A stretch of 64,000 bases of DNA from Laetmonice hystrix. Lineage: Eukaryota. The stretch lies in NCBI GenBank assembly GCA_965235115.1, contig OZ249436.1, positions 53,880,001 to 53,944,000 on the forward strand, read 5' to 3'. How positions within the stretch are numbered: position 1 is the stretch's first letter; each line of letters starts with the position of its first letter. The position numbers and the translations under genes are program-made. This document shows, one piece after another, positions 13,652 to 25,679 of this stretch. The notes under the pieces were generated by a model. It had not been told where the DNA came from, did no database searches, and worked only from the letters and a program-made list of their open reading frames with translations.

Positions 13652-15498
13652 TTTAGTAGTTGACACGTGGCGCTTCTAAGAGTCAGATCTTGGCCCTCAC
13701 CTCAGGGCGGCGCAACCTTCAACTCGTTCTCTACCCAGCTACCTCGCGACCCGCGACGTTTGAGGTTATAAACACAACCGTGTCAACAGATGCACGTGGG
13801 CTTGATCCGCGCCGTGCTACTTTTTGTAATAAAATCACAAAATGAATCGCCAGTTTGTTTTTTCCAAAGTACAACACGCCTGGTCCACCAGGGAATAATC
13901 TCTCTTATTTCACGTAGATAACTGCTGCTTCAGACGGTAAAAAGTGTTCGCAATGTTCCGCACTCATTTTATGTGGCCATTCTCACAGGGAATCCCTTCT
14001 ATGCAAAATGTTGTGACGTCAGACAGGGATACCCTTTTCAGTAGACTGGTACCCGTACCCGACGCAGGTCTGTGGTAGTCCACAATGCCCCCCCCCCCCC
14101 CCTCAAATTTGCCAAATTTAATTTTTTATAACTAAAAAAATGCCTTTTGTTTTACAATGGCCCCCCCCCCCCTCGATTTGCCGTTTTTATGCTGCCCCCC
14201 CCCCCGCCTCGGACCCCCCCCCCTGAATATAGACCCTAGATCCGCCCCTGCATACCTAATTGTCTTATCTAATTATTCTTGTCAATCATCAAGAACTATT
14301 GTAGGTAATATATGGCGATGTGATTGTGCTGCCACCTCTCAAAATTTTGATCTCCAAATGACAGGAAATTTTTGGCCACCCATATTAATTATGAAGAAAA
14401 AAATCCTGTGGACCCCCCCCCCCCCCCACACACACACACACCCATCCCACCCCTGCGGTCTTTGTTTGCCCCCCCCCACACTTTCAAAGACGTACCTACG
14501 CCTCTGCCCCTTCAGGGGGTCCGCACCCCCCCCCCCCCCCCCAAGTGCCCTTTACTCTCCCCCCAAGTGCCTTTTTTTATTTTTACGAAAGATATTTAAA
14601 ATTTAAATGTCTAATTGTCTAGGCCTATAGGCTTATATTATAGGCCCTATCTCCCATAAAAAATACACACTTTTGGTGGAGGCCTAGGTCAGTGACCCCT
14701 GGAAGTTAAGCCTAATCTGGTGGGAAAATGTCAAGAACACCCCCCCCCCCACCCACCCACCCCAACCAGTTTTAAATAGGCACCAGCGTCTATACATCGA
14801 AGAAAGCAAAATGAATTTGCCTGTGTATGGGACGAAATGAAAACAGGCACATGGAAAAGCCCAAAGTTATTGTTTGCAAAGGATAGAAAGTCACATGAAG
14901 GGCTATATTGGGGAATCTCCTTTGGACTTTAAAATTGGGGTCTGATACAAAGTCATAGATTTGCATGTTTGTATTCCAAATTTATTCCACAATCAGACAA
15001 TATGGATAAATCACATAAATTATTATATACGTCCATGTGCATTTGTACTCGGACTCCCTTATATGCTGGACGATCCATGTCCATGGCTCTCAGAACAAAA
15101 ACGATCTAAGTCCAATGATATGAGGTTATCAGCCAACAAGAACATTTGCTGGGGGGGGGGGGGGTCGTCAGTATGGTCGATCCATAAAAGTTCTATCCAT
15201 GGGGAAAAAGGGGAAATTGGTTGCCAAAGGGGTTTAACCCTTCCCCCTTCCCCAATCCACCACTGATATGGATATTTTACAAAAAACGACGGCCAATTAT
15301 TATAATATATGAAAATCAACGTTTCTCATTTTCACATCAGCACACATGATGTGAAGGGTGGAAGACCAGCTGAAAGGTCATCTCGGCCCCAATGTTTGTT
15401 CCTGTTCCAAAACTCCTCCAAAAGGTCTCTATCGGATAGGAAAGGACCATACATGTACACATGTACATTCATACCTTTTACACGATTCTTTATCATTT

Positions 15499-18400
15499 TT
15501 ACTTCATCCCAGAGAATATTTCAGATCTTCTTCCACCATCTCCTTTGTATAAGATCCTGGACATTTTGACCATGTTCTCTGCAATCATTGCTTCTCTTTT
15601 TGCACCTAAGATGTACCTGTTCCTGTACCGTCGGGATCTGGAATATAAGGAAATTTGTAATAATTTGTGAGGTTTTGAATGCCATTCCATGGAGTAAAAA
15701 TTTCCCTCCAATACCTAGTGATCTACGACCGTCTTAGCAATACCTGTTGTGCTGGATGTCAACAGATTCTAGAAATTCGCGACAAGGTTATGTGTCATGC
15801 ACATCTCAAAAGTAGATGCCCAGTAGATCTATTGGACAGCTGGCCTGACGTGAATACAGTCCGTACCAGTGAGGGACTGGGTCACTCTACAAATACCTAT
15901 TGTTTAGACTGTTAACATATGCGGGCAAATCATGCTTAATTTGTAATTTGTAGTACAGTGCTTATTACTATTAGCTTAACTATTTAACTTGGTACACGTA
16001 CACATACAACAGCATTAGTAAATAAATATACACATGCATCTGGAATAACAAGACAGATTATAACTCAAAACTGTGGCTAAATAGAAAATGTATCTGGTGC
16101 AAGAGTTTAGCCATTGTGGCTAAAGAAAAATGTTGGCAAGCAGAAGCCCAGCAAAATTTAAAACCTACCTGGGCGCTGCTCCGATGATCTTGCCATGGAA
16201 TGCTTGGGTAGTCTATACTGCGATTTATTGTTGCTATTCATAAAATGTCCAATGATCCCATATAACAGAGGCCTACAAAAGTATAATCAAGTATCCATGG
16301 GTAAATCAAGCAACAGTCTCGTCCTTCAGCATTGTGAGATAAGGGGGCCATGCTAGGTGGTGACATTCTATTTATAAACATCAGTTTCTATGCTACATCA
16401 TAGGATGGTCTTAGTTATTAAAAATTCCACTAGGTGGCTGCAAGCATGGTCTAACACTAACAGACAAGACGCTCCTTTATTAACAGTGGTATTTCCATAA
16501 CATATTCCAAAAATAAACTTTCAAAATCTATAGTGATTTACTTACACTGACGATGTACCAGAGTCTTCTGCTATGTTTAATTCCTGTGCTATAAAGTCCC
16601 TGTCAAGTTGCATGCTAGGCTGGCCAGACTCTATGGACAGAAAGAAGTCCTTATATCGGGTGGATAAAAAAAACGCCCCAAACTTTAAACTTCAATATTT
16701 CAAAAAGTAATGATTGTAATTCAATGAAATTTTTCTTAGTATCACTTCATGATGTTGTCTTTTAGTTGTTAATGTTACAACTCAATAGCTTGGATAATTT
16801 TTCCGTGAGCCTAAAAACAAAAATCATTGTACAAAAGCGCAATGCCGGGCTAAACGAGTTGTAGTCACACCCAGAGTCCCTGGCCTCACACTAGAGTAGG
16901 TGGTCAATCGGTCCCCCGTTTTCACTCCATACTGCTCTCAGTCTCTTTTTCCATGAGCCAATGCACTTCCTGATCTCTGATAGGGAAATATCTCCCCAAC
17001 TGGGAAATACGCAACGTTCTAAATGTGTTGCTAAACGTGATAATGATATGATTTCCCTTGAACTTCTCGTTACAGTCATATCGTCCTAATGTTGTAGTTT
17101 CTCTGTAGGGTTTGGCACATTAAACATCTGTTTTTCTCTAAAAGTACTAGGAATAACACATATTTTATTATATCTAGTGGTCCACAACATGATACATATT
17201 GTAAAACATGCAAAAACTAAATACTGAATTTTTTTTTACCCAAGGTACAATGCGATGCATCAAATAGGTGTCAAATTGGACACCTGGCAGCTGCATGATA
17301 TTTGACCTAATTCCGGCATTACATTTTTAGACACCGATTTTTATTTTTAGCGCCACGGGATTAATATCAAAGCTATTGAGCTGAAACTTTAACATACCAG
17401 AGATAATATAATGAAGTGATACATTTGAAGAGAAATTTTATTGAATTATAATGCATAGTTTTTGAGATATTAAAGTTTAAAGTTCGGGGCGTTTTTTTTT
17501 ATCCACCCGATATAAATATAATATTTCACCAGTGGGGGAACAAGGTGATGGTCATAGCCTGGGTTTGTGTCAGTAAAGATGCATCAAGGAGTTCAAACAC
17601 TAAATCACAGTTTCCATGGTATATAAGCAAATTTATCATTTGGCATAGCACAGCTGGCAATCCATCGTCAGCTAATTTTTACTTCATCCCAGTCCCCTGT
17701 GTACACCAAAAATATAATAGAAAAATAACAGAATATTTATAGAAGACACCATATCAACCAAAAATAAAAACCTACCTGCCTGGAGAACTGACCAACTATA
17801 CTTGTATTTATTGAACTCCAGATACTCTTTAATCAGCTGGTTAATGATCATGTTTTCATGACTGAGGGTGGGCCGTGGTTCACTCTGATCATCCAAGACA
17901 TTGAAGACCTCTGCACGAATATTAGCCTTGACTTGGGAAAGGACACCTCTATTCTCCAGTGTTTCTTTTACAACTGAAAAAATAGAAAACTCTTGTATAC
18001 ATGTACACAAATGTAAAGAAAACACAAGAAAAAAGATAAATAAATATGTTTGGACAATTTTAAGTTTAAAATATAAAGAAAAAATAATTTTGAGTATGTT
18101 TTAAAGTAGCATAGGCCCATATTAGCAACACAAAACACTAAAAAAGGATAGATGAAGAGTAATGAAACAACTTAAAGGAACTGATGTCTTAGGACAATTT
18201 CAAATTTAAAATATAAATAACTAATTTTGAGTAGGCCTCAGCGCACATTTTATCGCGTCGCGAAACGCAATTCAAAATAAGGAAAGTGCGAATCAATTTC
18301 CAAATTGATTCACGATTATCACGAATCAAAAAGGTTCTGCTGTAAACTCGTACGGCTACGATTGATCACCAGCACCTGTCCATGCTAGTCCATGTGACGT

Positions 18401-19907
18401 CCCCATCTGTGCAGAGCGGATGGGTCCATGAACCACCTAGGAACGTTGGAGCTGATTGGCTGGCTCCGCCAGAGTGTCAGATTTTTTCTCATTGGCTGTC
18501 CTATATTTAGTACACAGCGGCGACGTAGCGGTTGCCCCAGGCTCAGTGCTGATTCATGACATGATGTGGACGGTGAGCAGGGATGTTGAGCATATTTACA
18601 AGGGTACCAGTTTTATTATTTGGACTAATTTCTATGCGTTAGCATGACGCCCCCACCTCACATGCAGCGGGTGTCAACCATCGATGTTGTATACTCGCGC
18701 GCGTAACTACGGGTGACCTAGATCGGAAGTAGAGCGAAAACGGTGTTAACGACGTCACAATTCGTTCTTGCGAACCCGTTGCAATAAAAAAACTAGTTGT
18801 GACGGATGGTGGTACACAGGCCCAGTGTGAGCGCCAGCCGCCCAGCGTGAGCCTCGCTCTGGGTCTGGTAGAGGCTACTGTCCATGTCGGCGTTTGCTCA
18901 TTCGACTGCCAACCTCCCATTAGCTATCTCCTTCACTGTACAGCTTCAAATGGAACCGAGCAAACACCTGAACACAACTGTTCCCGATATTGTTATTTAG
19001 TTATATATTGTTACGGGTAGTAGGCATATTGATTATTTTGTCAGTTGACAGATCGCCAACATGTAGGGCCTAGGCCTACCGCTTCTGTACGTGCTTTCAC
19101 TTCCTTCCAGTTCCATAAAATTTATACCTTATTTTTAATTTAAAAAAAAATGCTACACAATATTAGCAATCGCTAATCAATTTGGGGCAATCGCTAATCA
19201 ATTTCCAAATTGATTAGCGATTGTCGCCAATCATAATTTTTAAAACAAAATGTGCGCTGGGCCGGTTTTTATTTTAAATTTATTAAATTGATGTTACATA
19301 AGTTGTGTACTTCATGTGTAGAATGTAGTGGCTTCATACTAACGTTTCTCCCCCACTCATAGGTCTATATCAGCTTCATAGTGTAATCTCCATTTTTTTT
19401 CCAAAAATCTCCAGGTTTTTTCCAAAAATCCCCCCCCCCCCAATTTTTAGGTTTTTGGACATCAACTTTTAAAATTCTCCCGGTTTCTTCTCTCTGTACT
19501 AGACTGTCTGTAGTGTAGAGTAGTGTAGTGTAGGTTGGCAGGTCTGAATTCTACTTCCACAACTTCCACTTCCAGTGATACGCTGAGACGGGGATAATGA
19601 TATTGGCAACCAGACCCCCAGCCTTATCACGCGCATTTTATTTTTCCCATCTTGACAGTCCTGCACATGCGACGACTTGAAAAGTTGATGCACAATCACC
19701 ACAATCAGAGTGGGCGATAATTGATGACCTCGTAACACAACGATCACTTACAAGTTACATTGAAAGAGCATTGAGTGTAGATTATCTAGTTGTTAACCTG
19801 ATAGGTGATCTATATGGAAGCCGTCGTAAAAAAAAAACGGGGAAGAGTCAAATCACGAATACGTGCACACGAAACTTACCATGCTTCAACTCCTGTAAAT
19901 TCGCCAT
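15499..19907 (-). CDS. CEP20: Centrosomal protein 20 / LisH-domain FOPNL (FOR20)
   Basis: Coding exons (minus): 19907-19880 (MANLQELKH), 17973-17776 (VKETLENRGVLSQVKANIRAEVFNVLDD...LIKEYLEFNKYKYS), 16630-16546 (ESGQPSMQLDRDFIAQELN), 16272-16169 (PLLYGIIGHF...). Matches the FOPNL N-terminal, LisH and PLLY motifs. The terminal exon lies somewhere in ~15499-15640; its acceptor and frame are ambiguous. Confidence 0.9.
16652..17514. mobile_element. Tc1/mariner-like non-autonomous element, ~200-bp imperfect TIRs, TA-flanked, CEP20 intron 2
   Basis: TATATCGGGTGGATAAAAAAAACGCCCC...GGGGCGTTTTTTTTTATCCACCCGATATA; inverted similarity continues ~200 bp inward; no transposase ORF. Confidence 0.85.
18239..19259. 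mobile_element. ~1-kb non-autonomous TIR element (CAGCGCACATTTT termini), CEP20 intron 1
   Basis: 13-bp TIR; subterminal AATCAATTTCCAAATTGATT palindrome near both ends; flanks GGCCT/GGCCG (near-match 5-bp TSD). Confidence 0.75.
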
Positions 19908-20071
19908 TGTGCATTACTGATGACGCTGGGCCCACTCCGCATAGCAACGGCAAATTAACTCAAGAAAGTCTCACCAGACGGCGCAGGCTAGCCTGCCAGC
20001 ATACTCACCAGGGGGCGCCAGTTATTTCGCTGACTGGTTCCCTGCTCAACTCCTATCGGACAGGTACACAG

Positions 20072-20132
20072 TAGCCTGGTCCCCGCCGCCTTACCATACG
20101 CATCCGTTAATATAGAGCTGGGGACCCGGCTA
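20072..20132. mobile_element. 61-bp MITE (TAGCCTGGTCCCC...GGGGACCCGGCTA), 9-bp TSD GGTACACAG
   Basis: TIRs plus perfect 9-bp direct repeats at 20063-20071 and 20133-20141. Confidence 0.8.
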
Positions 20133-20141
20133 GGTACACAG

Positions 20142-20992
20142 CGGGGGGGGGGGGGGGGGTATCCACGTTCGCAGCGCCATCTAGGTCGAGCGATAATAGA
20201 GAACCAAAACAATGCGGCCGAGACGACTCAAAGTAAAATCGAGTGCTTTGACAAAAATGCTGTCTATACGTTAAAACGTAATCAATTTGCCAAATTCGAG
20301 TTAGAGTCGCTTACACAGTAGTATCTTCTTTCTAATTATATCCGATTTGTGAGCTTTTGTGCTCTAAAAATATATATTTAACCAATTCATCGGACGTCGT
20401 CCGCCATTCTGCCATGACTGATAAATTGCTAAAAAATGGCTAACTTTAGACGCTGACCCTACGTTAACTAGATGAGCGTTAAAAAATCAGTTACCACCGT
20501 TGGAAAGCTCATCATTTTTGTATCTAATTCTTCAACCCCGCTCGCAAGCGCTCCAAGATTTCTGTGTCATTAGAGCACTTTTTGGTAGTCTTTGCCACTG
20601 GTATCGGAGAGACGGCCAGGGATGTCCGGCTAGTACTCGCGTCGAGTCGCGGCAAGCACCCGGGCTCGAGTCGCTGTCAGTGTCAGCCGACAATCAACTC
20701 GTAATTTTTCATACACTGCGCCAGGAATCTTATCAAAATTACCACCCACAAAGGCTCAAATATGTTCTAAAGCTATAGGAGCATGTTTTTTAATACCTCA
20801 GACTGGTAAAACTGTTAAAAACGAGTGAAGGCTAGATCCTGTCCGACGCGTGAACATGGCTGCAGGGCGCACGGGAGTGCCGGCTCACGCTCAGCTCGAG
20901 TCCCGCATGGTACTGGCACGCTCGGTCTCTGCGATCACTATTATGTTTGGTCGTATAGAGGGCGCTGCGAACGTGGACACCCCCCCCCCCTG
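20142..20992. mobile_element. ~850-bp TIR element (G-run + T(A/G)TCCACGTTCGCAGCGCC TIR) bounded by GGTACACAG
   Basis: Left C(G)17TATCCACGTTCGCAGCGCCATCTA versus right reverse complement CA(G)11TGTCCACGTTCGCAGCGCCCTCTA. Confidence 0.8.
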
Positions 20993-21001
20993 GGTACACA
21001 G

Positions 21002-22067
21002 TAGCCTTGTTCCGCGACCTACTGGTGTAGGTCTTGCACAAAGGTTTACGTCATCACCCACAATCCTTTGCGCTCAGATGTAAACAAACCACGTGAGCCT
21101 GTGCAGGCAGAAAAGGCGATCGTCTGCGCGGAAAAAAGAGAAAACAAGTAGCACTAACAGTTTATTATTTATAATTAACTGTTAGAACGTTGTTAAAATG
21201 TTTATACACTTCACCGATTCCACCTTAAGGAGAGTTAATGGGAGGAATTTTAAAGAAAACGAGAAGTATCGGGTAACCCCGATTGGGCGATAATAGGTCG
21301 ATTGAGGGGTAGTCTGATGGGTTCGTTTTATGTTTGAATTCCTCTAAAATTTTACTAGATTGCGACATATGGCTGAAACTTTGGTAAATCACAGAGGGGA
21401 AGTACCTCATGATGTGGTACAAATATGATCAATATGTCGCATTCCGTCTCATGACAGCGATCGTTTTAATGTTCGGAACGAATACACGGCGTATGAGCCC
21501 GACGCGATTTGACTGAGCCGGCCGACCCAGCGAGAGGCCGCCGGGGTCCCGTCAAAGCAGACGGTAGCGGCGCCCTGGTGCCGGTTGGTGAAGGTCAGCC
21601 AATTAAAATCCAATTCTCGGCAATTGTTTAAAAGATTCTAGATCCGCCTCGACCAACAAGCCCAGGCCGAACCGACCGGCCGAGGGCGAGGCCCCCTACA
21701 AGTCCCGCCGAACGGACTGGCCGAGGCCCCCTCCAAGCCCAGGCAGCGAGCAAGCGGCCGCCCGCGGCACTTTCAGCAAAGCGAGCGGGCGAGTAACTTG
21801 GCAGTGGTACAAGGACTCGGAAGCGTCCAGGTAGCGGGGGACGAGGAGAGATGATGCGGGGATGGGAGCTATAATATAGCCATAGGTGATATGAGACGTA
21901 AAATCAAAAACTTGTCATTTCTGGCGTGATTCCAGCAGCTATAATTAGATCGACTCTACCAGTCCACGTGCTTTTGTTTACTTCCGGACGAGCGATGACG
22001 TCAACCTTTGTGCCTAGCCTACCGTGCGCGCCTAGCGCCACCTACACGGGAGGCGGGAACCAAGCTA
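21002..22067. mobile_element. ~1.07-kb TIR element (TAGCCTTGTTCC...GGAACCAAGCTA), 9-bp TSD GGTACACAG
   Basis: TAG...CTA termini, ~95-bp imperfect inverted ends, perfect direct repeats at 20993-21001 and 22068-22076. Confidence 0.8.
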
Positions 22068-23015
22068 GGTACACAGCAGCGCGTTAGCCCATTTCATTGG
22101 CCGAAGAGCGACTCGCTGTCATTGGCGCACACCGCGATGCCAATTTTTTTTTTCTACGTCTACTAATTGTGACGTGACAATATCACCATGGTTCCTAAGT
22201 CTACTGACTGTGACGTGACAATATCACCATGGTCGCACGGCCTGTTGCTAAGTGATCTGTCGCTCCGGTTGTCTTTTTTTTTTTTGACGTCACAACTCCC
22301 AAACGGGCAGAAATCTGCCCGTTTTGCTTGGTGTGTTATGTGACGTTCTTTGACCTGTCTCAATATCCGAGAGAGGGAGGAATGAGCAGGGGACCAGTCA
22401 GCGGGGAAATCCGAGGGACCGCGAGTGTGTTTCGGTGGTATAGTTGCACAGAATAGGTAGATGCCGAGATCTACCCTTCAGCCAATAGGCCCTACTTTAC
22501 CATGCAATAGGCCTAGCCCAAATTGCAGAAACTTCCAATAAAGTTTTCACCGTGATCCACTAGGCTAACCCTAATCTAAATGCTGTGAAAGAGGCGGGCC
22601 CCGTTTTACTCAAATCACATTTTAAAAGGCTTTTAAATTTAATTATCAGTTATTTTAGTTCGTCCAAACGACCTTACTCACAACTGCAATAGATATAGAT
22701 CTACGCTAGCCTATAGGCCTAGGCCTATCTCGGCTATACCAAATTGAACATTTCTATAGCTAGTTAGTAGTAGGCCTAACTAGGAAAACTTAGTTTCATG
22801 CTTGAATAACTGGCCCACGGACCAAATCTTTGAATAGCCTTATGTTAATTCTAATTTGACTAGACGGAGGGCACAAAATTACGGAAGCGTAGAATAGCTA
22901 TAGATCTAGGGCCATTTTGAACTTTTTGACTTTTTTCTCCATTAAATCGAGTTTTTTTCTCACTTGATTTGTGACTGGGCACATGCGTTCAACTCCAAAC
23001 GCAGGGGTGGATCAT

Positions 23016-23027
23016 TATATATATATA

Positions 23028-23091
<64 letters not shown>
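23016..23091. repeat. (TA)n microsatellite
   Basis: Seen directly. Confidence 0.95.
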
Positions 23092-23092
<1 letters not shown>

Positions 23093-23216
23093 CCTGGGGG
23101 GAGGGGGGCATTGGGGAAAAGGGGAAAATTTGGACCTTTATCCTATAGCTGACAGAAATCGACAAGCAAGCAACAACTAAAAAACCTCGTGATGAGATCT
23201 TGAAGATATCTGACCT

Positions 23217-23823
23217 AGCTAGATCCACTGCGACGGGGAAACGGCGGTAATATCGCGTTTTCGTGACGGTCGTCAGACGGACAACTCGACCGTCAGGCGG
23301 CCGTCGAACAGGTACGCTGCTGTGGATCTGAATCTGCGGGAGGGTGACGGCTGCTTCGCGGCAGGTGACGTTGTTTGGCGGGCACCTGACGTCACATCCG
23401 CTGATATGAAATCATTTTAATATCGGCGGTGAGTCGGCGGTTGCTTGCGGCGAGTAGCAACAAGTCCGCATACCTGCATCATCGGTGGCATTACCGTTTT
23501 TCTTACTTTATATGACGGAAGAGGAGGAAAATCTTTAATTTCTTTTTGAACAAAAGGCCTAGGCCCATGTTGTTATTTTAACACCGTGCACTAAATTCAA
23601 GCTGCACGCTGATTGGTCCTAATGCAAGATTCTACTACCAAGCATTATATAGGCCCTAACGTCAAATAGCCCTCAGTGAACGTTGGTGGATCAGCTGAAC
23701 GTGCGTGCAGCTGACCACAACCTGGCGTCTGCTCAGCGTTTATGTGACGGTAAAAACGTGCCGCCGTCGGCCGTCAAGAGCCGCCAGCAAACGCAACCGA
23801 AACGTTGCAGTGGATCTAGGCTT
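23217..23823. mobile_element. ~600-bp MITE, TIR core CTAGATCCACTGC (possibly PIF/Harbinger-like)
   Basis: CTAGATCCACTGCGACG at left, CGTTGCAGTGGATCTAG at right; GACGG/CCGTC subrepeats. Superfamily is a guess. Confidence 0.65.
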
Positions 23824-24236
23824 TTAGTCTTTAAGGAAGGGGATTCGGGACGTCTTTACCGTGAAAAAAGTCCCGATTTTAAGATTTCCCCCCTAAATAT
23901 AGGCCTAGAGACCCTTTCAGAAAAATCGGGGCCTTTGTGCCCAAGGGGGTCCATCTTAAGAACCCCGGTTACGGCCCGGGAAGGGGGGGGGGGGTCGGTG
24001 TAGGTTATTCCCCCATGGTAACTTCCTCAGAAAATAGCAATAGATTGGTCAACACCAGGCACACCTGCGGGTTGTATAATCTCTGCCGGGGGCGACGGCA
24101 GCCACAGGGATGGATTATCTGGATCTGTCCCTTGACCGGCTGCGCTGTTACCAGGCTGAGTGGTCGATCGCTCTCCGGCTGGCAGATGCAGGACCTCGTG
24201 ACGACTGCGTCGAAGCTGAGTTGGCAGGTCCAATGG

Positions 24237-25637
24237 CATTGGCGGATCCAGGGGGGGGGCCAAGGGGGCCTTGGCCCCCCCCCCCAAAAAAAGTGGCATG
24301 TGTTTGGACCAATAGGCCTAGGCTGACACTGGCCAATGATGTAGCCAGGGGGTTGACAAAAAATTTTTGCCTAGCTACGCTCGGCATGATTTCATGCTAT
24401 AGCCAAAGTTGCTGTTGGACTTGAGGAGGTCCTTTTGCCCTTGGTCATAGGCCTATTGGTCAGTGATTGAATAGCTTATTTTGTGCTCCAAAATGCATCG
24501 GATTGCAACCAATTACACCTTAAATTTCTAAGTTTTTCGGGGGGGGGGGGGCATGCCCCCGGACCCCTCTAGGAAGGCTTCGCGCCTTCGGCGCTTGCAG
24601 ACTTCCCGCCTTCGGCGCTCGTACAGTCACATCTGTGTCGCCCCTAAACAAATCCAGATACACACATTTTAACTTAAGGGGGTTCAAACATTATAATTTA
24701 GGTTTTTTTTCTTTCAGTCGCAAGATAAAAACCACTTAAAAAATTTTTTTGCCTCGCTACGCTCGGCATGATTTCATATATGACAAAAGTTGCTGTTGGA
24801 CTTGAAGAGGCTCTTTTGCCCTTGGTCATATTGGTCATTGAATAGCTTATTTTGTGCTCCAAAATGCATCGGATTGCAACCAATTACACCTTGAATTTCT
24901 AAGTTTTTCGGGGGGGGGGCATGCCCCCAGACCCCCCTAGGAACTTAAGGGGGTTCAAACATTATAATTTAGAAGGTTTTTTTTTTTCAGTCGCAAGATA
25001 AAAACCACTTAAAAAAATTTTTTGCCTCGGTACGCTCGGCATGATTTCATATAATTATCAAAAGTTGCTGTTGGACTTGAGGAGGCCCTTTTGCCCTTGG
25101 TCATATTGGTCATTGAATAGCTTATTTTGTGCTCCAAAATGCATCGGATTGCAACAAATTGCACCTTGAATTTCTAAATTTTCCGGGGGCATGCCCCTAA
25201 ACAACATGTGTCGCCCCTAAACAAATCCAGATACACACATTTTAACTTAAGGGGGTTCAAACATTATAATTTAGAAGGTTTTTTTTCTTTCAGTAAAAAC
25301 CACTTAAAATTTTTTTTGCCTCGCTACGCTCGGCATGATTTCATGCTATAGCCAAAGTTGCTGTTGGCCTTGAGGAGGCCTTTTTGCCCTTGGTCACATT
25401 GGTCATTGAATAGCTTATTTGGTGCTCCAAAATGCATCGGATTGCAACAAATTAGGCCTACACCTTGAATTTCAAAATTTTCCGGGGGGCATGCCCCCCC
25501 CCCCCTAGGAAGGCTTCGCGCCTTTGGCACTTGCAGACTTCGCGCCTTCGGCGCTCGTACAGTCACGTCTGTGTCGCCCCTAAACAAATTTAGGAAAACT
25601 TGGCCCCCCCCCCTACAAAATCCTGGATCCGCCTATG
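24237..25637. mobile_element. 1.4-kb MITE (CATTGGCGGATCCAG...CTGGATCCGCCTATG), 5-bp TSD AATGG, with about 4 internal tandem copies of a ~270-390-bp unit
   Basis: TIRs and TSD (24232-24236, 25638-25642) seen; the unit beginning TTTTTGCCTCGCTACGCTCGGCATGATTTCAT recurs near 24364, 24746, 25018 and 25313. Confidence 0.85.
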
Positions 25638-25679
25638 AATGGGGTAACAGTCCGTCAGTTTAACATTATATGTCTGAGA

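Noticed and set aside
18811..18819. Fifth GGTACACAG copy
   Set aside because: Single copy inside another element with no adjacent TIR; compatible with chance, though it could be an empty target.
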